From contig JAFRLO010000043.1 of the NCBI GenBank assembly GCA_017431165.1, positions 2,797 through 66,796 of the forward strand: a stretch of 64,000 nt of DNA. The letters run 5' to 3'. This document shows positions 19,252 to 26,758 of this stretch, piece after piece; the stretch's first letter is position 1; every line of letters starts with the position of its first letter. The translations under genes were made by a program, and so were the position numbers. Under the pieces are notes generated by a model that saw only the letters and a program-made list of their open reading frames with translations, was not told the DNA's origin and did not search any database. The stretch comes from Eggerthellaceae bacterium (GTDB lineage: Bacteria > Actinomycetota > Coriobacteriia > Coriobacteriales > Eggerthellaceae).

Positions 19252-19674
19252 GTGTACGAACTCAAAACTGAAAGCAGCTTCGATTCGGCTCATTTCCTGA
19301 CCGATTACGATGGCAAATGCGAGAACCTCCACGGTCATCGATGGCGCGTAGTGGCCTATATCGCCACCGAGAAGCTCCAGGCCGAAGGTACGAACAAGGA
19401 TATGGTCATCGACTTCAAAGATTTCAAGGCCGCAGTCCGTGAGCTGACTGAGCGCTTCGACCACACCTTCCTCGTTGAGGAGGGCTCTCTTGCACAAGCA
19501 ACCATCGATGCGCTTGAGGCAGAAACGTTCCGCATCACATTCCTGCCGTTCCGCACCACAACAGAGAATCTCGCACGTTATTTCTACGGCAAACTCGCCG
19601 AAGCAGGATTCCCGGTCAGCAAAATCGAAGTGTACGAAACGCCGCTGAATTGCGCGATGTACTCTGAAGCATAA
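19252..19674 (+). CDS. queD: 6-carboxy-5,6,7,8-tetrahydropterin synthase
   Basis: SFDSAHFL...CENLHGHRW...FDHTFL motifs of the PTPS/QueD family. GTG start after GGAGAAAAG. Confidence 0.88.
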   Translation: MYELKTESSFDSAHFLTDYDGKCENLHGHRWRVVAYIATEKLQAEGTNKDMVIDFKDFKAAVRELTERFDHTFLVEEGSLAQATIDALEAETFRITFLPFRTTTENLARYFYGKLAEAGFPVSKIEVYETPLNCAMYSEA

Positions 19675-19707
19675 AGGCCCGCAACCCATTTTGAAAGGAG
19701 CGTAACC

Positions 19708-20685
19708 ATGGACGTGAATGCTTTCCGCTACGATGGAAACGGCGCATTCTCGCTGAGCGAGTTCCCCACGTCAAAGGAGATCAGCAAAGACCAGAAGGCG
19801 CAGTACGAGAAGATGCTCGCCGAAAACACCGAACGCATCGCCGAGTTGCAAGACAAGCTTTATGCGCAAGGCACCGAGGGCGTTCTCGTCGTCATACAGG
19901 CCATGGATGCCGCAGGCAAAGATGGAACCATCAAGCATGTCATGAGCGGTGTCAATCCCCAGGGCGTGAACGTCGTCAATTTCAAAACACCGAACACGAC
20001 CGAGCTCGCGCATGACTATCTCTGGCGTTGCATCCTCGGGTTGCCCGAACGTGGCAAAATCGGCATTTTCAATCGCAGCCATTACGAGGATGTACTCGTT
20101 GTACGCGTCCATGAGATGTGGAAGGGCTACAAATGGCCCAAACGCTGCTTCGATATGAGCGAAGATGAGTTCTTCGCAAAGCGCTTCAAGCAAATCAACA
20201 ACTTCGAGGAGTATTTGTACGAGAACGGATATCGCCTCGTGAAAATCTTCTTGAACATCAGCAAGGAAGAGCAAGCGAATCGCTTTATCGCACGCATCGA
20301 CGAGAAGGACAAGAACTGGAAGTTCTCCATCGGCGATGTAGACGAAAGCGATTTGTGGCCGAAATACATGCAGGCTTATGAATCGATGATCGCGGGTACC
20401 GGCAGCGCGTGCGCACCGTGGTATGTGATTCCCGCAGATCAAAAGTGGGTTGCCCGTTGGCTGGTCAGCGAGGCCATCATCCAAGCACTCGAAGACATCG
20501 ACCCTGAGTACCCGAAGCTAGCTGCAGACGAGCTCGAGAAGTTCCCGGCCTATCGCGCGCGTCTCGTCGGTGATGACCCCGAAGATGCGCAAGCCATCGA
20601 GAAGGCGAAGGCAGCCATCGCCAAGAATGTCGAAAAAAGCAAAAAGAAGAAGGAGAAGAAGGCTAAGAAATCCTCGAAAGAGTAG
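19708..20685 (+). CDS. polyphosphate kinase 2 family protein (polyphosphate:nucleotide phosphotransferase)
   Basis: Walker-A-like VIQAMDAAGKDGTIKHV, NRSHYEDVLVVRVH. GAAAGGAG SD. Lys-rich C-terminal tail. Confidence 0.88.
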   Translation: MDVNAFRYDGNGAFSLSEFPTSKEISKDQKAQYEKMLAENTERIAELQDKLYAQGTEGVLVVIQAMDAAGKDGTIKHVMSGVNPQGVNVVNFKTPNTTELAHDYLWRCILGLPERGKIGIFNRSHYEDVLVVRVHEMWKGYKWPKRCFDMSEDEFFAKRFKQINNFEEYLYENGYRLVKIFLNISKEEQANRFIARIDEKDKNWKFSIGDVDESDLWPKYMQAYESMIAGTGSACAPWYVIPADQKWVARWLVSEAIIQALEDIDPEYPKLAADELEKFPAYRARLVGDDPEDAQAIEKAKAAIAKNVEKSKKKKEKKAKKSSKE

Positions 20686-20710
20686 CCTTAACACTTCAAA
20701 GAATCGATGA

Positions 20711-20750
20711 AAAAAATCGGCCCCCTTGCGGGGGCCGATCCTTTTTCTCT
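20711..20750. terminator. bidirectional intrinsic terminator (PPK2 gene / Mo-oxidoreductase operon)
   Basis: 10-bp GC-rich stem ATCGGCCCCC (20716-20725) / GGGGGCCGAT (20730-20739) with loop TTGC. A-run upstream and T-run downstream. Confidence 0.88.
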
Positions 20751-20792
20751 CAGCGAACTTGCCTTTATGAGGCAAACAGCTGAATCAGCAAA

Positions 20793-21128
20793 TTACTGCA
20801 TGTAGACGACGGTCTTCGCGCCATGCTCAGCGAGCTTCGCGCCAGCCTCTTCCACGGGGATGAGTTCCATGCAGGCAGCAAGGCAATGATGCACGCAACG
20901 CGGCTTCTTGCCCTCGGCAACGCGATCGGCGCACAAGTCGCACAGCTGGGACGGAACCGGAACATAGTCCCAGATCCACTCGCCATTGCTGAGTTTCTTC
21001 GGACCCATCTCGTTGATCTTGATGCCCCACTCGTCCAGCGGGATGTCGTGCTCTTTACGGCAGCTCACTTCGCAGACGTGGCAGCCGGTGCAGTACTTGT
21101 AATCAATAAGCAGTGCATATTGGCTCAT
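20793..21128 (-). CDS. small 2x[4Fe-4S] ferredoxin-type subunit of the adjacent molybdopterin oxidoreductase
   Basis: CTGCHVCEVSC (CX2CX2CX3C) plus CDLCADRV...CVHHC...AC. AAGGAGG SD overlaps the stop of the upstream gene. Confidence 0.85.
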   Translation of the reverse strand: MSQYALLIDYKYCTGCHVCEVSCRKEHDIPLDEWGIKINEMGPKKLSNGEWIWDYVPVPSQLCDLCADRVAEGKKPRCVHHCLAACMELIPVEEAGAKLAEHGAKTVVYMQ

Positions 21129-21139
21129 CTTCTGCCTCC

Positions 21140-23776
21140 TTACGCAATCTCTTCGCGGGTTGCCAGGTCATAACGCTTGCCGGTCTCAAGATCGACCAGG
21201 TTGCTTGCTTCCGCATCATAAGCATAACCCGTGTAAGCGTCGAAGTAGGTGCCGGTCTCAGGATCAAGTGCCCACTGCGTATTCGGATCATAGATATGAC
21301 CGTTTACGAAGCCAGCGCCCTTCTCGGCATCCCACTGCACCAGACCAGGAAGCTCATACGGAGCCTCGGCAAGACCCGGGAAGCACTCAACGCCACCGAC
21401 GACAACGGATTCCTGCTTCTTCTCATTCGGATAGAGAGCAGCGCGTGCTTGCTCCGGAGTGGAAACGAAGCTCGCGGGATCGGTGCCGATTGCGCCTTCT
21501 TCGGTGTCGGGGCTCAGGGTTCCGAGTGCATTCAGACCGTCAACCTTGAAGATTCTGCAGGCGACGTTCTTGAACGGAGCACCGAAGCCGATGCGACCGA
21601 TTGCGCGGTGCGGGATAAGGCTGTTGATGTTGGACTTCCAAACGCCGTACAGGTTCGGAGCTTCGCCGTCCTGCTCGGGGAACCACCAACCATGCTGGCA
21701 GTGGATAACTTGCGGCGGAACGATCTCGGTAACCTGAGCCTTCTCGATGGCCTTGCTCAGCGGGTTCTCGATGCAGACCCAGTCGCCGTCTTCGATGCCA
21801 TACTTCTTCGCGGTCTCGGGATTGATCTGGACGAGCGGCCACGGCATGATAGCGCGGAGGCTCGGGATCTGACGATGCTCGCTGTGGAAGGACGTGGTCT
21901 CGCGGCCGCCAGTCGTCATGATCAGCGGATAGTTCTCCATCAGATCGGGACGTGCATACGGCGTGAGCTTGTTCTCCTCATAGTACGGCAGCGGATCCTC
22001 GCCCCAGTCCTCGTACAGGCTCGAGCAGAGCTCGACAAGACCAGTCGGGGTGTTGAAGCCAACGTCGCCGTCAGGACGGAGCAGGCCCTTCTCATACTTA
22101 CGATACTGGAACGGCATATGGAACCAGCCCTCTTCACGAAGATCCTCGAAGGTCTTCTCGACGCCGCCGTTGTGCAGCTGCTCGGTAAAGAAGTCAGAAA
22201 CGTTGTCCCACGGCCATGCCTTCGGATTCAGGCGCTTGCCAACGAGGAAGTCGATCTCGAGGTCGGACTTGGTCTCGCCAACTTCGACGCACTTGTTCAT
22301 GGCCATGACCATATGAGTGTTGCGGCCGAAGTGCGGGAGGACCATGCCATCATGCTCGGCTGCAGAGGCAACCGGGAGGAACAGGTCGCACATACCCATG
22401 GCCGTCGGGGTCATGAAGGTATCCTGGCAAACGTTGAATTCCATCTTCATCAAGGCGTTGTACCAACGCTTCGGCTGAGCATTGGTGGTGTTGGCGATAC
22501 CGTTGGTGGCATAGAACCAGGCCATCTTCAGCGGATAAGGCTCGCCAGTCTCGAGGGTGTCGAGGATGCAGTCAGGATGAGCAATCAGGTGAGCGGCCTT
22601 GAAGCCCTTGTACTGCTCATTGTCGGTGATCTGCTTGTCGAGCATGCCCTCAGGAAGCTCCTTGGAGCATTCATAACGCCACTTGCCCATGAAGGAGGCC
22701 GGAACAGCCAGAGTCACGCCACCCGGAACATCGAGGTCGCCCAACAGAGCGGCGATGTTCAGGAAGCAGTGGCCAGCCTGCGTGCCATTGGCGTTGGTGT
22801 CGATGGCGAGACCCCACATGAACGAGGACGGATGATTGGCTGCCAGCGTGCGGGCTGCCTTCTGGATGAGCTCTGCGGGAACCCAGGTGATCTCCTCGAC
22901 CTTGTCGAGCGGATACTGGTCAGCGCGCTCCTTGAGCTCTTCAAGACCATAGCACCAATTCTCGACGAAGTCATGATCATAGAGGTCCTCATTGATGATG
23001 ACATTGATCAGGCCGAGGCCGAGAGCGGCGTCGGTGCCGGGACGCAGCTGCAGATGGATCTCTGCATGAGCGGCGCACCAAGTGACGCGCGGGTCGATGA
23101 CGATGAACTTGGAGCCGAGCTTGTACAGGTCGATGATCGCATGACCGAAGAAGCCGTCAGGATTGCTGAACAGAGGATCCTTGCCCCAGAGGACGATGTA
23201 CTTCGGAAGCTCCCACTCGGGGTTGTCGAAGCGATCCGGGAAGTACGCCGCATAGTCGAGCTCAGGATAGCCAGCGCCCAAAATGAAGTCGGCGACGGAG
23301 CAGCGGGGACCGTAGCAGGAGTCACCGGACATCGGGAAGCAGCTGTTCGGAGTGCCCAGCGCTGCATAGGCGAGCGGGGTCTTGTACAGCGTAGCCTCAC
23401 GGCCGGTACCCTGGAAGGCAACGATGGCCTCAGCGCCATAGTTCTCCTTGATGTAGTTGACGCGCTCTTCGATGATATCGAGAGCCTCGTCCCAAGTGAT
23501 GCGCTCCCACTTATCCTTACCACGATCCTTAGGATCGCGCTTCAAAGGATAGATAACGCGGCGATCGTTGTAGATATACTCGGGAAGCGTCAGGCAACGA
23601 ACGCACAGACGACCATTGGTGATAGGATGCTCGGGATCACCCTCAACGTCAACGACCTTACCGTCCTTGACTGTGAGATACATACCGCATCCTACCGGAT
23701 GGTCTCCTGGAGGCGACCACACACAGGTGCGCATCTTAAATGTGCCGTCACCACAGTCGATAATTCTCTCCGACAT
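21140..23776 (-). CDS. molybdopterin (bis-PGD) oxidoreductase catalytic subunit, DMSO-reductase superfamily, no signal peptide
   Basis: ORF 21140..23836 trimmed to ATG 23776 (GAGGAGAG upstream). The collinear layout is typical of the family, ending with ...HGWWFPE...FKNVACRIFKV. A further 133 aa follow. Confidence 0.85.
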   Translation of the reverse strand: MSERIIDCGDGTFKMRTCVWSPPGDHPVGCGMYLTVKDGKVVDVEGDPEHPITNGRLCVRCLTLPEYIYNDRRVIYPLKRDPKDRGKDKWERITWDEALDIIEERVNYIKENYGAEAIVAFQGTGREATLYKTPLAYAALGTPNSCFPMSGDSCYGPRCSVADFILGAGYPELDYAAYFPDRFDNPEWELPKYIVLWGKDPLFSNPDGFFGHAIIDLYKLGSKFIVIDPRVTWCAAHAEIHLQLRPGTDAALGLGLINVIINEDLYDHDFVENWCYGLEELKERADQYPLDKVEEITWVPAELIQKAARTLAANHPSSFMWGLAIDTNANGTQAGHCFLNIAALLGDLDVPGGVTLAVPASFMGKWRYECSKELPEGMLDKQITDNEQYKGFKAAHLIAHPDCILDTLETGEPYPLKMAWFYATNGIANTTNAQPKRWYNALMKMEFNVCQDTFMTPTAMGMCDLFLPVASAAEHDGMVLPHFGRNTHMVMAMNKCVEVGETKSDLEIDFLVGKRLNPKAWPWDNVSDFFTEQLHNGGVEKTFEDLREEGWFHMPFQYRKYEKGLLRPDGDVGFNTPTGLVELCSSLYEDWGEDPLPYYEENKLTPYARPDLMENYPLIMTTGGRETTSFHSEHRQIPSLRAIMPWPLVQINPETAKKYGIEDGDWVCIENPLSKAIEKAQVTEIVPPQVIHCQHGWWFPEQDGEAPNLYGVWKSNINSLIPHRAIGRIGFGAPFKNVACRIFKVDGLNALGTLSPDTEEGAIGTDPASFVSTPEQARAALYPNEKKQESVVVGGVECFPGLAEAPYELPGLVQWDAEKGAGFVNGHIYDPNTQWALDPETGTYFDAYTGYAYDAEASNLVDLETGKRYDLATREEIA

Positions 23777-23803
23777 AAACTCTCCTCTCATAAAAGTTCG
23801 CTT

Positions 23804-23832
23804 ACTATCGTGAATGCCCGAAAGCATTTCAA
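23804..23832 (-). promoter_or_regulatory. candidate promoter of the Mo-oxidoreductase operon
   Basis: On the minus strand: TTGAAA (23832-23827), 17 nt spacer, GATAGT (23809-23804), about 30 nt upstream of ATG 23776. Confidence 0.35.
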
Positions 23833-23880
23833 CCAAGCCTTACGGTCACACCGCTAACGCGAATGACCGTCTTACAAACG

Positions 23881-23920
23881 CAAAAACAGCCAGACTATCC
23901 CTTGTGGATAATCTTGGCTG
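23881..23920 (-). terminator. strong intrinsic terminator inside the intergenic region upstream of the Mo-oxidoreductase gene
   Basis: On the minus-strand RNA, CAGCCAAGAUUAUCC-ACAAG-GGAUAGUCUGGCUG forms about 14 bp with one bulge, followed by UUUUUG. It lies 105 nt upstream of ATG 23776. Confidence 0.75.
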
Positions 23921-23982
23921 CGCTCCGTTGTTCTCCGGCTAGAGCACGATCCTCCCCCTTTTTGAACCATGCTCCCGGGAAA

Positions 23983-24072
23983 TGCGCAACCCCGTTTACG
24001 CCTCTAGAAAACGTATGCGGCATTGCGTTTTTCTTGCGCATTCCATTGTCGCGCTTTTGGCGTTTTTGCGCA
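23983..24072. promoter_or_regulatory. three copies of the palindromic core TGCGCA (WTGCGCAW), candidate operator array
   Basis: TGCGCA at 23983-23988, 24035-24040 and 24067-24072. Centre-to-centre spacings are 52 and 32 bp, and all three have A/T flanks. Confidence 0.35.
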
Positions 24073-24217
24073 AGTAATTATCGAAAGATATCTGCTTGTT
24101 TCGCGAACGAAACTTCTTGTTGCGGACATGGGAAAATGCGCTTTTGAATCAAATTATTCGCAAACGAGAATCATTAATAATTCCATATATGAAACGGCAT
24201 TTCCGCACGCGGATCAG

Positions 24218-24415
24218 TTAGTTCCACGGGTCACGCTCAAATAAAGGCTCGAACTCAATGCGATCGGAATACGGGTCGTAACCATCGTCGTCCTCGTCCG
24301 CCGCACGGATTTGACGCTCATCGAAGCCATCACGGGCTTCAGCGGCCATGTATTCCTCGTCGTATGGGCATTCGCTATCGGACATATCGAAATCCGGACT
24401 GTTGATATCTGCCAT
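24218..24415 (-). CDS. small, highly acidic hypothetical protein (65 aa)
   Basis: ORF 24218..24502 trimmed to ATG 24415 (AGAGGGGG 8 nt upstream). MADINSPDFDMSDSECPYDEEYMAAEARDGFDERQIRAADEDDDGYDPYSDRIEFEPLFERDPWN. Confidence 0.45.
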   Translation of the reverse strand: MADINSPDFDMSDSECPYDEEYMAAEARDGFDERQIRAADEDDDGYDPYSDRIEFEPLFERDPWN

Positions 24416-24446
24416 CAGGAAGCCCCCTCTTTTCGCGTCCTCGCTA

Positions 24447-24483
24447 TCGAAAGGGAGCGAAAGACAACTCGCCTTTCGCTCCC
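24447..24483 (-). terminator. intrinsic terminator downstream of the rubrerythrin gene
   Basis: Perfect 11-bp stem GGGAGCGAAAG / CTTTCGCTCCC (24453-24463 / 24473-24483). On the minus strand it is followed by UUUCGAU. Confidence 0.6.
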
Positions 24484-24508
24484 CTGAAAAAACAATGTGC
24501 AAGACATA

Positions 24509-25090
24509 TTAGAAATAACGCTTCAACAAACCTTCAAGCGCTTTGCCGTGGCGAGCCTCGTCACGTGCCATCTCGTGCACAGTATCGTGAATGGCGTCGA
24601 GACCGTTCTTCTTTGCGCAAGCAGCAAGATCGAACTTGCCTTGCGTTGCGCCGTATTCGCAATCAACGCGCCAAGCGAGATTCGCTTTCGTGTCTGCCTT
24701 CATGTTCGGCTCGAGATCCTCGCCTAAAAGCTCTGCGAACTTCGCAGCATGCTCGGCCTCCTCGAATGCGGCCTTCTCCCAATACAGGCCGATCTCCGGA
24801 TAGCCCTCGCGATGCGCGATGCGAGCCATGCACAGATACATGCCAACCTCGGAGCACTCGCCGTTGAAGTTTGCCTTCAGCTGCTCGAAGATGTAGGCCT
24901 TAGTCTCGTCGTCGATGTCCGGATTGTTCTTGACAGTCTTCGCGTAGATGCCGTACTCATGCTCGGCCGCGAGCTTCAATTCGCCCTCGACCTTCTCAAA
25001 CATGCTGGCTGGCGCATGGCAGACCGGACACTCTTCCGGCGGTTGCTCACCCTCATAGATGTAACCGCATACTTTGCATACCCATTTCAT
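24509..25090 (-). CDS. reverse rubrerythrin (N-terminal rubredoxin domain plus ferritin-like di-iron domain)
   Basis: [27 protein letters not shown] followed by ExxH di-iron motifs ([18 protein letters not shown]). GAGGAGGAGG SD. Confidence 0.9.
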   Translation of the reverse strand: MKWVCKVCGYIYEGEQPPEECPVCHAPASMFEKVEGELKLAAEHEYGIYAKTVKNNPDIDDETKAYIFEQLKANFNGECSEVGMYLCMARIAHREGYPEIGLYWEKAAFEEAEHAAKFAELLGEDLEPNMKADTKANLAWRVDCEYGATQGKFDLAACAKKNGLDAIHDTVHEMARDEARHGKALEGLLKRYF

Positions 25091-25175
25091 GTGGTTTCCT
25101 CCTCCTCTCGGAAGCCTTGTGGGACAAGGCGGCTTCGGGTTTCGGCAGGTTCACGCTGCCGTTTTCTCGCATATC

Positions 25176-25181
25176 ATTATA
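25176..25181 (-). promoter_or_regulatory. candidate -10 box (TATAAT) for the rubrerythrin gene
   Basis: Perfect TATAAT on the minus strand immediately downstream of the 25184-25213 hairpin, 86 nt upstream of ATG 25090. Confidence 0.35.
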
Positions 25182-25183
25182 GT

Positions 25184-25213
25184 ATATCGGGCGCTTCGAA
25201 AAGCGCCCGATAT
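25184..25213 (-). terminator. hairpin downstream of the NSS transporter gene (terminator, possibly also an operator)
   Basis: Perfect 13-bp arms ATATCGGGCGCTT / AAGCGCCCGATAT with a 4-nt loop. The U-tract is poor. Confidence 0.55.
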
Positions 25214-25240
25214 CGACTTAACACAATGGCATGGATAGCG

Positions 25241-26641
25241 TCATGATATGAACTTCGGTAACCACCCCAACACCAAGATCAGGATGATGAGCACGGGTGC
25301 ACCGAACTTGAGCCAGCCGTACATGAACCGCGGGAAACGCGGTCCCTTGCCTTGGTCGGCCTCGGCGAGGAAGTTATCCCAACCCCAACCATTCTTCCAC
25401 GTGCAGAAGAGCACGAAGATCAGGCTGCCGATAGGTAGGATGTTGTTCGAAACGAGGAAGTCCTCCAGGTCCATGATGCCGCCGAACATGCCGAACTGCA
25501 CATCAGCCCACACATTGAAACCAAGAGCCGCAGGGATGGAGAGCACGAGGACGAGCGGGCCGTTGATGCAAATGGACTTGCGGCGGCTCCAGCCCCACTC
25601 GTCCATGCCGAAGCAGATGATATTCTCGTATACGGCGACGACAGTCGAAAGCGCCGCGAAGCTCATCAGCAAGAAGAACAGCGAGCCCCAAAGGCGCCCG
25701 AGCTCCATCTGCGCGAAGACGCATGGGAGCGTTTGCAACACCAGCGTCGGACCTGCGTCCGGGTTGACGCCGTACGCGAAGCACGAGGAGAAGATGATGA
25801 GGCCGGCAGACAATGCGATGAGCGTATCGAGCGCGGCAACCGAGATGCCCTCGCCCATCAACTTGCGATCGCGGGACAGGTAGCTGCCGAAGATCGCCAT
25901 GGATCCGATGCCGACGGACAATGTGAAGAACGAATGCCCCAACGCCGCGTTTGCCGCTTCTCCGAAGCTACTCAAACTCGAGAATAGCGCCCCGAAATCG
26001 GGCATCAGGTAGAACTCTAGACCCGCTTCTGCACCGGGAAGCGTGCAGCAGCGGATGCCGAGCACCACGATGAGGATGATCAGGCCGATCATCAGGAACT
26101 TCGATGCGCGTTCGACTCCTTTGCGGACGCCGAAGCTGCAGACGATCAGGCCGATTGCCCACACTACCACAAGCCAGAACACCATCTGGAAAGGACTTGA
26201 CATCATCTCACCGGTGATGGCGATCGACTGCTCGGCCGTAATGCCTTCGAGCTGACCGGTCGCCGTCTTGAAGAAGTAGTTGACCAACCAGCCAGCGACC
26301 ATCGCATAAAACATCATGAGCAAGTAATTGCCTGCGATGGCAACCCATTTGAACCAGTGCCAGCGGGTGCCCTTAGGCTCCAACGCGTTGAACAATCCCG
26401 CAATGCTCTTCTGGCTGCCACGGCCTAGGGAGAACTCCATGACCATAATCGGCAAGCCCAGAAGCACTAGACAAATCAGATAGATGACGACAAATGCCGC
26501 GCCGCCGTATTGGCCTGTAATGTAAGGGAACTTCCAAACGTTTCCCAGACCGACCGCACAGCCAACGCTTGCTAGAATAAAGCCCATGCGCGATGCGAAA
26601 TGCTCACGACCACCTGAAGTCTTCACGGGTTTTTGCGCCAT
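25241..26641 (-). CDS. sodium-dependent transporter, neurotransmitter:sodium symporter (SNF/NSS) family
   Basis: GFILASVGCAVGLGNVWKFPYITGQYGGAAF signature, about 11-12 TM segments. Confidence 0.9.
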   Translation of the reverse strand: MAQKPVKTSGGREHFASRMGFILASVGCAVGLGNVWKFPYITGQYGGAAFVVIYLICLVLLGLPIMVMEFSLGRGSQKSIAGLFNALEPKGTRWHWFKWVAIAGNYLLMMFYAMVAGWLVNYFFKTATGQLEGITAEQSIAITGEMMSSPFQMVFWLVVVWAIGLIVCSFGVRKGVERASKFLMIGLIILIVVLGIRCCTLPGAEAGLEFYLMPDFGALFSSLSSFGEAANAALGHSFFTLSVGIGSMAIFGSYLSRDRKLMGEGISVAALDTLIALSAGLIIFSSCFAYGVNPDAGPTLVLQTLPCVFAQMELGRLWGSLFFLLMSFAALSTVVAVYENIICFGMDEWGWSRRKSICINGPLVLVLSIPAALGFNVWADVQFGMFGGIMDLEDFLVSNNILPIGSLIFVLFCTWKNGWGWDNFLAEADQGKGPRFPRFMYGWLKFGAPVLIILILVLGWLPKFIS

Positions 26642-26660
26642 AGTGTTCTTTGACCTCCTC

Positions 26661-26690
26661 TTGATATTAACTGATTTAAGGTACCATAAT
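26661..26690 (+). promoter_or_regulatory. candidate sigma70-type promoter for the nitroreductase gene
   Basis: TTGATA (26661-26666), 18 nt spacer, CATAAT (26685-26690). Confidence 0.4.
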
Positions 26691-26758
26691 CAGCACTAAT
26701 AGGAATGAAGCATTTTGACGATGAACAAAAATTTCCGCTCGCAAAAGAAAGGACGCTC

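Noticed and set aside
21113-23857. 914-aa plus-strand ORF spanning the whole Mo-oxidoreductase locus without a stop
   Set aside because: It is exactly antisense to a gene with clear family motifs, an SD and a coupled partner gene. Its translation is Arg/Leu/Ala/Gly-rich and low-complexity, with no recognisable motif and no SD. Long shadow ORFs opposite real genes are expected in GC-rich coding DNA.
23777-24217. Molybdenum-cofactor (Moco) riboswitch upstream of the Mo enzyme
   Set aside because: The conserved GCCUCCGAGCC-type core I remember is not present on the coding (minus) strand. The nearest resemblance (UUCUCCGGCUAGAG) is on the wrong strand. A covariance-model search would be needed to exclude it formally.
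23863-24244. Plus-strand ORFs of 94 aa (23863..24147) and 73 aa (24023..24244), and several 8-41-aa minus-strand mini-ORFs, in the large intergenic region
   Set aside because: No SD sequences, odd composition (Cys/Phe/Arg-rich), and they cross the terminator hairpin and palindromes. More likely non-coding.
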